DNA from: an uncultured Candidatus Entotheonella sp.
GTDB lineage: Bacteria; Tectomicrobia; Entotheonellia; Entotheonellales; Entotheonellaceae
DNA length: 64,000 bases
Reading direction: 5' to 3'
NCBI GenBank assembly: GCA_965215335.1
Contig: CBDCDA010000002.1
Coordinates: forward strand, 416,001-480,000
Positions 55,682 through 64,000 of the stretch are shown here, piece by piece. Numbering within the stretch: position 1 is the stretch's first letter; every line of letters starts with the position of its first letter. Both the position numbers and the translations under genes were made by a program. The notes under the pieces are model-generated. The model saw only the letters and a list, made by a program, of their open reading frames with translations. It had not been told where the DNA came from and made no database searches.

Positions 55682-57601
55682 ATGACCGACCTCCTCGTCG
55701 CAACAAAACCCGAGCCGAGCCGCACAATTGCCGCGCCCGCTTCCCCCATGGCCGTGCTGGCGCAGACCCGCAGCTTCAAGGAGCTGGACCGCCCGACCCT
55801 GGAAGTGCTGGTGGCGGCGGCGGATACCTACCGGATCGCCGCCGGACGCGCCCTGTTCCGCGAAGGCGAGCCATTCGGCAACATCGTTTACATCCTGCAC
55901 GACGGCGCCATGCGCCAATACCGGGCGAGCGGCGCCGAGTCCGAGGTACACCAGGGCGATTTCCTGGCCTTGGCCAACTACGTGGACCGCGCTCCCTTCG
56001 GCTCCACCGTGGAAGCCCGCACCGATTGCGTGGTCCTCGGCCTGGCCGCCGAGACGCTGGAGCAGCTGGAGCGCAACTATCCCTCCCTGTTCAACTGCCT
56101 GAACCGCATCATTGCCCACAAACTGCGTGCCCGCAGCCCGGTGCGCGACATCAACCGCGGCGCCCTGGCGCAGCCGGTGCGCAGCATCATGAGCAGGCCG
56201 GTCACCTGCGGCCCTGACGTGCCGCTGCGCGACGCCCTGGCCCTGATACGCAAGCGCGGCATCGGCAGCCTGGTGGTCACCGATGCCGACAACCGCCTGC
56301 TGGGTATCCTCACCCGCGCCAGCCTCGCCGAGGCGGTGCTCCTGCAGGCGGCGCGGGCCGACGACGCGGTAGTGCCGGCGGCCTGCCAGCAGGCCCACAC
56401 CGCAGAGCCGGATACGCCGCTGTGGCAGGTGCAGGAAATGCAGCAGCACTTCGGCACCAAGTACGTCGTTGTTGTGGATCAGGACGCCCCGGTCGGCGTG
56501 GTGGCGCAGAGCGACATCCTGCGGACGCTGATCGCCTCGCCCGGCATGCTGACGCCACACATTGCGCAAACCGGGGACCTGGAGGAACTCGCCGAGCTGA
56601 AGTCGCGCCTCGTCGAGGAGGCCGCCGATATCCGCGAGGCCAATCACTGGGCGCGCGCCGCGGTGCGCTTCCTGAGCGAAACGCATCTGGCCATCCAGCG
56701 CCGCGTCGTCGCCCTCGGCCTCCATTGGATGCGCGACCGGGGACACGGCGAGCCGCCGGCGCCGTTTGCCCTCCTCATCATGGGCTCCGGCGGCCGCAAG
56801 GAAATGCTGCTTGACCCGGACCAGGACAATGGCATCATCCTGGCCGACGTACCACAGGCGCGCGAGCCATCCGCGCAGACGTGGTTCGAGCGCTTCAGCG
56901 ACCACCTGAACGAGGGCTTGGCGCACGTCGGCTACCCGCTGTGCCCCGGCGGCATCATGGCGCGCAATCCCGTGTACCGGCAGACGCTGGCGCAGTGGCG
57001 ACAGCGGGTGACGGCCATCGCCGACAACCCCACCGAGGCGGCGGCGCGCTGGTCCAACATCGTTTTCGACTTCAACACCCTGTACGGCGACGACACCCTC
57101 ACCGCGGCGCTGTGGCGGCACGTGCTGGAGACCACCGCGGCGCATCCCCGGCTGTTCACCCGCATGGCCGCGGACGACGCCCGGGGCCGCCCGGCACTCG
57201 GCTTTTTTCACCAGCTCGTCGCCACCACCTGGGACGCCGACGGGGCGCACATCGACCTGAAGCGCAACGGGTTGCGGTTGATCGCCGACGCGACGCGCAT
57301 CTTCGCCCTGCAGGCGGGCGTGAGGGCCCAGAACACCAGCGACCGGTTGGCGGGTCTTGTGCGCCTGGGAGCGTTCTCCGAGGCGTTCAGCACTTCGGTC
57401 GGCGACGCCTATGAGGCGCTGCTCGACCTCCTGCTGGCGCACCAGATCGAACAGGCGCGGGCGGGCGAGGCGTTCAACACGCTGCTCGCTCCGAAAACCC
57501 TGAGCGAGCAGAATCGCGCCACGCTGCGCCTCGCCATGCGCATGGTGAAGCGCTTGCAGGACCGCCTGCAGGAAGCCTTCGGCGTCGCCTACATCGACTG
57601 A
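55682..57601 (+). CDS. cNMP-binding / CBS / DUF294 nucleotidyltransferase-like signalling protein
   Basis: cNMP domain (LFREGE), CBS pair, MGSGGRKE...DQDN, CPGGIMARN and IDLK. Confidence 0.9.
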   Translation: MTDLLVATKPEPSRTIAAPASPMAVLAQTRSFKELDRPTLEVLVAAADTYRIAAGRALFREGEPFGNIVYILHDGAMRQYRASGAESEVHQGDFLALANYVDRAPFGSTVEARTDCVVLGLAAETLEQLERNYPSLFNCLNRIIAHKLRARSPVRDINRGALAQPVRSIMSRPVTCGPDVPLRDALALIRKRGIGSLVVTDADNRLLGILTRASLAEAVLLQAARADDAVVPAACQQAHTAEPDTPLWQVQEMQQHFGTKYVVVVDQDAPVGVVAQSDILRTLIASPGMLTPHIAQTGDLEELAELKSRLVEEAADIREANHWARAAVRFLSETHLAIQRRVVALGLHWMRDRGHGEPPAPFALLIMGSGGRKEMLLDPDQDNGIILADVPQAREPSAQTWFERFSDHLNEGLAHVGYPLCPGGIMARNPVYRQTLAQWRQRVTAIADNPTEAAARWSNIVFDFNTLYGDDTLTAALWRHVLETTAAHPRLFTRMAADDARGRPALGFFHQLVATTWDADGAHIDLKRNGLRLIADATRIFALQAGVRAQNTSDRLAGLVRLGAFSEAFSTSVGDAYEALLDLLLAHQIEQARAGEAFNTLLAPKTLSEQNRATLRLAMRMVKRLQDRLQEAFGVAYID

Positions 57602-57621
57602 GGCACGGGGGAAACGAACGC

Positions 57622-58350
57622 ATGCGAGCCAACGAGCCGGTTGTCATGCTCATGGACAGACTCCGCGCCTGCCTCATGGGGCTGCGAAACGGCGCGCTGT
57701 TGGCCGATCCGCTGTGTTATGCCGTACATGCCCGCGTCCGCGCCCTGAAGCCGAAGACGCTCACCTGCCTGCCGGTCGAGGAGACCCGGTTCGTCGTTCT
57801 CGATACCGAAACCACCGGCTTCAAGGTCTATGGCGGGGACGAAATCGTTTCCATCGCCCTGGTGGAAATGCACGGCCTCGAACCTACGGGACGCGAGTTC
57901 ACCACCCTGGTCAATCCCAGGCGAACTATTCCGTCGGCCTCTACCGCCATCCACAACATCTGCGACGCGGACGTCGCCCACGCCCCGGTCATCGAGGAGG
58001 TGCTGCACGACGTGACGCGGTTCATCGGCGCAAGTGTTCTGGTCGGGCATCACGTGCCGTTCGACCTGCGCTTCCTCAACAAGGCGCTATACCAGACATT
58101 TCGCTGCCGCCTGCGCAATCCCTGGCTCGACACCATGCTGATGTGCGTGGCGCTCAGCGGCCGGCTGGGGCACTACACCCTGGAGGACGTGGCGCGGTTC
58201 TGCGGCGTTGAAATCCGCGACCGCCACACCGCCCGCGGCGACGCCCTGATGACCGCCGCCATGTTCAGGATTCTCGCCGCCAACCTCATCGCCGGCCACC
58301 GCACGGTTTCCACGCTTATCAGACGGCAGACGCAGGCGGGATTGTTCTGA
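57622..58350 (+). CDS. DEDDh 3'-5' exonuclease (DnaQ-like)
   Basis: Motifs VLDTETTG, GHHVPFD, LDT and HTARGDA. Confidence 0.92.
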   Translation: MRANEPVVMLMDRLRACLMGLRNGALLADPLCYAVHARVRALKPKTLTCLPVEETRFVVLDTETTGFKVYGGDEIVSIALVEMHGLEPTGREFTTLVNPRRTIPSASTAIHNICDADVAHAPVIEEVLHDVTRFIGASVLVGHHVPFDLRFLNKALYQTFRCRLRNPWLDTMLMCVALSGRLGHYTLEDVARFCGVEIRDRHTARGDALMTAAMFRILAANLIAGHRTVSTLIRRQTQAGLF

Positions 58351-58439
58351 TTCTGACAAATCAAAGGGATGTCGGACGACGCGGCGCTGATCCGACCTGC
58401 ACATCCCCGGTAGCCGGGCAGCCGGCAGTGGAGAAAGCG

Positions 58440-59231
58440 ATGACATCATCTCGGACGACATGGCTTTGGATCGTGCTGTTGGCGTTAGTCGTTGGGTCGG
58501 GCATCCCCGATTCGGCGTTCCCGCAGACCTACGTCAGGGCCGGGGTTATGCTTGACTGGCCGAAAGACATACGATTTCAGGACGAGAATTGTTCCTCTCT
58601 GGGAAGCCTCCATGGCTGCGGCGATGGCAACGACAGCACACAACCAGGCACACCTGGCGACTTTGGAACGGTGAGCGGGCTGGAAATCGGACTCGGCTAT
58701 GCCATCCTTCCCGCCTTGCGGCTCGAAGCCGCCGTGCAGTACCGGCCGGACTTCTCCTTCGAGGGTCACGCCAATTTTATTCAACTGGATGACGTTGCGG
58801 CCAAGCAGGACGTCTCCGCGGAACTGTCCACCGTGTCCGGCATGCTGGCCGCTTACCTGGATATTCCCATCTCTGGATTCGCCCTGCTCCGACATGCGCC
58901 CGTCAACCCATTCATCGGTGTCGGCGGTGGCCTGTCCCTTATCAAGATCAGTGAAACACGCATGAACTTCCCGGCAACCTCGACGATTGTCCCGGGTGAC
59001 AACGAAATGAGTTTCTCATGGATGCTGTCAGCGGGGCTCGCGGTATCCCTGAGAAGATGGACGGTCGATGTCGCCTGGCGCTATACGGATCACGGCACCG
59101 TCGAAACCGGAAAGGGCGGTCGAGTCGTCTGGCACGACGGAAGTCGCGAGCCGTTATCCCTTGTCGAGGGAGGGACGAGGGGCGATCTGCGGAGCCACGG
59201 GTTGACCGCATCCTTGCGCTACGAGTTCTAG
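58440..59231 (+). CDS. Outer-membrane beta-barrel protein (opacity/Ail-like)
   Basis: Signal peptide, amphipathic strands and C-terminal LRYEF. Confidence 0.8.
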   Translation: MTSSRTTWLWIVLLALVVGSGIPDSAFPQTYVRAGVMLDWPKDIRFQDENCSSLGSLHGCGDGNDSTQPGTPGDFGTVSGLEIGLGYAILPALRLEAAVQYRPDFSFEGHANFIQLDDVAAKQDVSAELSTVSGMLAAYLDIPISGFALLRHAPVNPFIGVGGGLSLIKISETRMNFPATSTIVPGDNEMSFSWMLSAGLAVSLRRWTVDVAWRYTDHGTVETGKGGRVVWHDGSREPLSLVEGGTRGDLRSHGLTASLRYEF

Positions 59232-59260
59232 GAGGCGGCGTTTCGCTGGCTCAGTGGCGT

Positions 59261-59335
59261 CTGACGGAGGAAACGTTGCCCGCTGTCTGTCCCTGGACAA
59301 CGACGCAGATTCTCGATTCCCGTTTCTGGCCGGAA
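59261..59335 (+). pseudogene. C-terminal remnant of a DUF29-family gene
   Basis: LTEETLPAVCPWTTTQILDSRFWPE matches the typical DUF29 tail (P..CPW...QIL...FWP) as recalled. Confidence 0.55.
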
Positions 59336-59424
59336 AACGGGCCTCGTCTTGCTTTTCCCCAGGACGGAGCGGAAACCCTGGAAAGACCCTCTGCATAGCA
59401 CCCATCGCTGAAAGGAATCCCGGC

Positions 59425-61992
59425 ATGGCCGAAGTACACCTGGATCCGTACCATTTGTCCCGCAGCGTCATACCGTCGCGTTACGACCTCACCCTGCAGC
59501 CCGACCTGCAGCAGGCGACCTTCACCGGCTCGGTCATCATCGCCCTCGAGGTGATCGATCCCACCGACACCATCTGGCTGAACGCCGCCGACCTGGAAAT
59601 CATCTCCACCTCCCTGGAGGACAACGACGGCAACCACGTGTGCAGCCCCGAGACGGAATTGCTGGCCGACCAGGAACGTTTACGGCTGCGGCTCGGCGCC
59701 CCCCTGCCGCCCGGCGGCTATCGCCTGATGCTGGGCTTCGAGGGCATCCTCAACGACAAGCTGCGCGGCTTTTACCGCTCCGTCTTCAAGGACGACGACG
59801 GCAACGAGCACGTCATCGCCACCACGCAGTTCGAAAGCACCGACGCCCGCCGCGCCTTTCCGTGCTTCGACGAGCCGGACTTCAAGGCCGTTTTCGGTGT
59901 CACCCTCATTGTACCGGACGACCTGTACGCCGTCTCCAACGCCCCCATCATCTCCGAGACGCCCGCCGGCAACGGCTGGCGCCTCGTGTCCTTCGAGGAC
60001 ACCATGAGGATGTCAACCTACCTCGTCGCCTTCATCGTCGGCCCGTTCGAGGCCACCGCGGCGGTGGACGTGGACGGCGTACCGCTGCGTGTCGTCCACC
60101 CCATCGGCAAGGGGCACCTGACGGCATTCGCGCTGGAGGTCGGCGCCTTCGCCCTGCGCCATTTCGCCTCCTACTACGACATCCCCTACCCCGGCCAGAA
60201 GCTGGACCTCGTGGCCATTCCCGACTTCGCTTTCGGAGCCATGGAAAACCTCGGCTGCGTTACCTTCCGCGAGGTCCTGCTGCTCCTCGACCCGCAGCAG
60301 GCGACGCAGCCGGAACGGGTGCGCGCGGCGGACGTCATCGCCCACGAAATCGCCCACATGTGGTTCGGCGACCTGGTCACCATGCGCTGGTGGAACGGCA
60401 TCTGGCTGAATGAGGCGTTTGCCACCTTCATGGGCACCATGGCGGTGGACGCCTTCGCCGCGCAGTGGCAGCGCTGGGTACAGTTCAGCCTGGAGCGCTC
60501 GGCGGCCTTCGACGTGGATTCCCTGCACCACACCCGCCCGATCGAATACCCGGTGCAGTCGCCCAGGGACGCCGACGGCATGTTCGACCTGCTCACCTAC
60601 GAGAAAGGCGGCTCGGTGCTGCGCATGCTGGAGCAGCATCTCGACGCAACGCCGTTCCGCGACGGCATCCGGCATTACCTGAAAAAACACCAGTACGGCA
60701 ACACCGAAACCAACGACCTGTGGGACGCCATCGAGGAAGTAACCGGCGAACCGGCCCGCCGCGTCATGGATTCGTGGATTTTCCAGCGCGGCTTTCCGCT
60801 GTTGTCGGCCACCCGCGACGGGACGGGCAAGCTGATCCTTGCCCAGCAGCGCTTCTGCTTCACGCCGCTGAGCAACGGGGACGACTCGCTGTGGTCGATT
60901 CCCGTCACGCTGCGGTACGGACACGACGGGCAGGCGGCGGAACGACGGGAGTTGCTGGAATCGGCGTCGCTGACGATCGACTTCGCCCACCCCGTCGATT
61001 GGGTGGTGGTCAACGCCGGCGGGCACGGCTTCTACCGGGTGCGCTACGCCCCGGACCTGCTGCAGCAACTCACTCCCATCATGCTCCAGCAACTCACCGC
61101 TATCGAGCGCTACACGCTGGTGGACGATACCTGGGCGTCGGTGCTCTCGGGGAACACGACGGCGGCTGACTTCCTGGCTCTGGCGCAGGGATTGCGGGAC
61201 GAGGACGACCTCGACGTGTGGACTCTGCTGGGCGGCTGCCTGGAACAATTGGGGCGGCTGCTGGACGGGGAGGCCGAATCGCGCTACCAGGCGGTGCTGC
61301 GCGACCTCTATACCCCGACACTGAAGCGGCTGGGATGGACGCCGCAGCCGGACGACACCTCGCGCGCCCTGGAACTGCGGGGCTTGATCATCCGATCTCT
61401 GGCGGTGGCCGCCGACGATGCCGCCGTGCAGGCACAATGCCACGACTTGCACGCCCGTTACCTGCAGGACGGCAGCAGCGTGGAGCCGAACGTCGCCGCT
61501 GCCGCGGCAACGGCGGTGGCCTGCTGCGGCAGCGACGACGATTACGGCGTGTTCGTCGAACGCTTCAAGACCGGCGCCACGCCGCAGGAAGCGCGGCGCT
61601 ACCAGAATCTGCTGGCGTCGTTCCCCGGCACGGATCAGATGTCCACGACGCTGGACATGAGCCTCGACGGCACCGTGCGCACCCAGGACGCGCCCTACCT
61701 GGTTGCGCAATGCCTGCGCAACCGTCGCTGTGGCGAGCAGGCGTGGCGCTTCGTGTGCGACAATTGGGAGGCCATGCTGGAGGCGTATCCCGACAACGCC
61801 ATCGTGCGCATGCTGGACGGCGTCAAGACCCTGTCCCGACCCGACGTCGCCGCCGGCGTGGCGGCGTTTTTCGACAGCCACGCGGTGCCGCAGGGAGAAC
61901 TGACGCTGCGGCAGCATCTGGAGCGGCTGCAGGTGAACGTGGCGCTGCGCGCGCGGGAAGCGAAGCGTCTCGGAGCGGCGTTGATCGGGTGA
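59425..61992 (+). CDS. pepN: M1 family aminopeptidase with ERAP1-like C-terminal domain
   Basis: Motifs TQFESTDARRAFPCFDEP, GAMEN, HEIAH-x18-E and YEKG. Confidence 0.93.
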   Translation: MAEVHLDPYHLSRSVIPSRYDLTLQPDLQQATFTGSVIIALEVIDPTDTIWLNAADLEIISTSLEDNDGNHVCSPETELLADQERLRLRLGAPLPPGGYRLMLGFEGILNDKLRGFYRSVFKDDDGNEHVIATTQFESTDARRAFPCFDEPDFKAVFGVTLIVPDDLYAVSNAPIISETPAGNGWRLVSFEDTMRMSTYLVAFIVGPFEATAAVDVDGVPLRVVHPIGKGHLTAFALEVGAFALRHFASYYDIPYPGQKLDLVAIPDFAFGAMENLGCVTFREVLLLLDPQQATQPERVRAADVIAHEIAHMWFGDLVTMRWWNGIWLNEAFATFMGTMAVDAFAAQWQRWVQFSLERSAAFDVDSLHHTRPIEYPVQSPRDADGMFDLLTYEKGGSVLRMLEQHLDATPFRDGIRHYLKKHQYGNTETNDLWDAIEEVTGEPARRVMDSWIFQRGFPLLSATRDGTGKLILAQQRFCFTPLSNGDDSLWSIPVTLRYGHDGQAAERRELLESASLTIDFAHPVDWVVVNAGGHGFYRVRYAPDLLQQLTPIMLQQLTAIERYTLVDDTWASVLSGNTTAADFLALAQGLRDEDDLDVWTLLGGCLEQLGRLLDGEAESRYQAVLRDLYTPTLKRLGWTPQPDDTSRALELRGLIIRSLAVAADDAAVQAQCHDLHARYLQDGSSVEPNVAAAAATAVACCGSDDDYGVFVERFKTGATPQEARRYQNLLASFPGTDQMSTTLDMSLDGTVRTQDAPYLVAQCLRNRRCGEQAWRFVCDNWEAMLEAYPDNAIVRMLDGVKTLSRPDVAAGVAAFFDSHAVPQGELTLRQHLERLQVNVALRAREAKRLGAALIG

Positions 61993-62118
61993 GTCAAAAG
62001 AAGAGGGGCGCTCTGTGGCATGAACTCAACTTCACCCCCGGAGGCAGAAAAAAAGCGTACCCTCGGACCACAGACCCGAAAGCAGGCTGCTCGCCCGATC
62101 CACTCTTCGGCAACGCCA

Positions 62119-62248
62119 CATCCAGCGCAGCAATCCGAGATCGCCTTTCATGGTACCGATCCCGGTCTTCATGCTGCCATTGTCGGCTCTCGGTTCGTTC
62201 AGCCGCCTGTCAACCTCCTCCCTCCCGGAAGGCTTTATCTGCCGTCAT
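62119..62248 (-). pseudogene. Possible remnant of a small coiled-coil (DUF1640-like) gene
   Basis: MTADKAFRE, a +1 G, then EEVDRRLNE...MKGDLGLLRWM. Confidence 0.3.
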
Positions 62249-62262
62249 GCAAAGGGGCCTTT

Positions 62263-63021
62263 CTACTGCGCCAGCGCCCCGCCGTCGATGACAAACTCAC
62301 TACCCGTCACGTACGACGCGTCGTCCGAGGCCAGGAACAGCACCCCGGCAACGATCTCATCGACCGACGCCATGCGGCGCAACGGCACCCGCTGCAGGCG
62401 TTGTCGCAGCACTTCCGGGTCGGGCATGGCGTTGTGCAGCATGGCGGTATCGACCGGCCCGGGGTGCACCGAATTGCAGCGAATGTTGTCCTGGGCGCAC
62501 TGGCTGGCGGTCACCTTGCTGAAGATGCGCACCGCCGCCTTGCTCGCCGCGTAGGCCGGTTCCTGGTGCGCCGACTGGCCGATCCCCGCGACGGACGAGA
62601 TGTTCACGATGGCGCCGCCGCCCGCCTTGCGCATCTCCGGGATGGCGTGCTTGGTGCCCAGAAACACCCCCTTGGCGTTCACCGCCATCACCCGGTCCCA
62701 TTCCGCCTCCGAGCGTACCTCGATCGGTACCCGCGGGATGGTTATACCGGCATTGTTGACAAGGATGTCCAATCTGTCGAACCGTCGCACCGTCTCGTCG
62801 ATCGCCTGCCGCCAATCCGCCTCGCTCGACACGTCCAGGTGTACATAAGCCGCCCCCAGGCCGTCGGTCAGCAGTTCGGCTTCCAGCTTGCGGCCGTCGT
62901 CGTCGGCAACGTCACCGAACACCACCCTGGCGCCTTCCCGCGCGAATGTCCTGACCTCCGCGGCGCCCTGACCGCGCGCGCCGCCGCTGACCAGCGCCAC
63001 CTTGCCGTCCAATTTGCCCAT
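62263..63021 (-). CDS. SDR family oxidoreductase (3-alpha,20-beta-HSD / cyclopentanol dehydrogenase-like)
   Basis: Motifs SGGARGQG, ILVNNAG, NISS, YAASK and NSVHPG. Confidence 0.93.
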   Translation of the reverse strand: MGKLDGKVALVSGGARGQGAAEVRTFAREGARVVFGDVADDDGRKLEAELLTDGLGAAYVHLDVSSEADWRQAIDETVRRFDRLDILVNNAGITIPRVPIEVRSEAEWDRVMAVNAKGVFLGTKHAIPEMRKAGGGAIVNISSVAGIGQSAHQEPAYAASKAAVRIFSKVTASQCAQDNIRCNSVHPGPVDTAMLHNAMPDPEVLRQRLQRVPLRRMASVDEIVAGVLFLASDDASYVTGSEFVIDGGALAQ

Positions 63022-63068
63022 GATCCTGCCCCCCAAGCATGCCGCCTTGCGCCCGCGACTACCCGCGA

Positions 63069-64000
63069 CTAGAAGAAATACTCCCGCTCGCGCAGGGTGG
63101 GATACAGCCCCGCGACCCACGGGCCGTAGCCGTTGAAAATCACCGTGTCGTAGCGCTCGTCGGTGCCCAGCATGCGCTCAGTGGCCTGCGACCAGCGCGG
63201 GTGCGCCACCGCCGGGTTGACGTTGGCCCAGAAGCCGTATTCCTTCGGCGCCAAGGTTTCCCAGAAGCTGATGGGCCGCTCCTTGACGAACTCGATGGAC
63301 ACGATCGACTTGATGCTCTTGAAGCCGTACTTCCACGGCGTGACGAGGCGCAGCGGGGCGCCGTGCTGCCTGGGAAGCGGATGCCCGTAGACGCCGGTCA
63401 CCAGCAGGGTGAGCTCGTTCATCGCCTCCTCGATGGTCAACCCCTCTTCGTACGGCCAGGGATACCAGATGCGCAACTGATTCAGCGCCACGGTGCGATG
63501 CAGGAAGGTCGTCAGCTTGACATGGCGGGCCTGCATGGAAGGCTGTACCTTCCTCATCAAGGCGGAGAACGGGAACCCGGTCCACGGCACCGCCATGGCC
63601 CAGGCCTCGACGCAGCGCAGACGGTACAGGCGCTCCTCGAGCGGCATGGCGCGGATGAGGTCGTCGATGTCGAACGTCTGTGGATTGTTGACCAGGCCGC
63701 CGACCTCCACCTGCCAGGGGCGGATTTTCAGGCGCTGCGCCAGGCGCGAGATGGTCTTGACGGGGCCGAACTCGTAGAAATTATTGTAGGCAGCGGCGAC
63801 CGCCTCCTCCGTCACCGGGCGGTCGAGAGTAAACTCCGGGTTGCGCGCCGCCGGATACAGGTCAAGGGTCTTGTCCTCGTCATCGGCCGCGGCGAAGCCG
63901 ATGCCGCCCGCGCCGCCGAGGATGCCGCCGGCCGCCATCGCTGCGCTGCCGGCCAGGAACTTGCGGCGCTGCATGAACACCGATTCGGGCGTGGCTTTGC
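63069..64000 (-). CDS. msrP: Protein-methionine-sulfoxide reductase catalytic subunit (start beyond the window)
   Basis: Tat motif RRKFL; YNNFYEFG, RLRCVEAW, HGAPLRLVTPWKYGFKSIKSI and YGFWANVNP. Confidence 0.93.
   Translation of the reverse strand, partial: KATPESVFMQRRKFLAGSAAMAAGGILGGAGGIGFAAADDEDKTLDLYPAARNPEFTLDRPVTEEAVAAAYNNFYEFGPVKTISRLAQRLKIRPWQVEVGGLVNNPQTFDIDDLIRAMPLEERLYRLRCVEAWAMAVPWTGFPFSALMRKVQPSMQARHVKLTTFLHRTVALNQLRIWYPWPYEEGLTIEEAMNELTLLVTGVYGHPLPRQHGAPLRLVTPWKYGFKSIKSIVSIEFVKERPISFWETLAPKEYGFWANVNPAVAHPRWSQATERMLGTDERYDTVIFNGYGPWVAGLYPTLREREYFF

Noticed and set aside
57622..58350. Replicative dnaQ
   Set aside because: Its position after the DUF294 gene and lack of the C-terminal polymerase-binding tail fit the DUF294-associated exonuclease instead.

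Overview
A GC-rich bacterial chromosomal window (roughly mid-60s % GC by eye; lower in accessory patches). It is mostly housekeeping and metabolic genes (uvrB, uvrC, rlmD, folD, dut, argJ, metY, metA, pepN-type aminopeptidase, msrP, tRNA-Val and tRNA-Asp) interrupted by small accessory or decaying patches. (1) 1-5400 is a lower-GC defence island with two convergent restriction-modification pairs. One methyltransferase is intact. The other pair is dead: a doubly frameshifted nuclease and an IS-truncated methyltransferase, separated from the first pair by two abutting IS elements. (2) 18000-21750 is a surface-modification islet: an ISAzo13 remnant, a low-GC polytopic membrane glycosyltransferase-like gene with an in-frame G12 tract, and a DprE2-like reductase, just upstream of the tRNA pair. 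(3) There are many pseudogene scars, and their frameshifts are all +1 insertions in homopolymer runs. Best candidates for undescribed biology: a trans-sulfuration PLP enzyme fused in frame to two NifU/NfuA domains inside a methionine cluster; a compact, highly structured intergenic RNA candidate at 47275-47411; a divergent pair of a B12-type radical SAM enzyme and a four-His membrane protein; and an atypical transketolase-like enzyme with a structured leader. No CRISPR array, prophage or reverse transcriptase is visible. A host-associated (possibly sponge-symbiont) origin is a weak inference from protein-family style only. All protein family calls come from motif recognition by eye, not from database searches.
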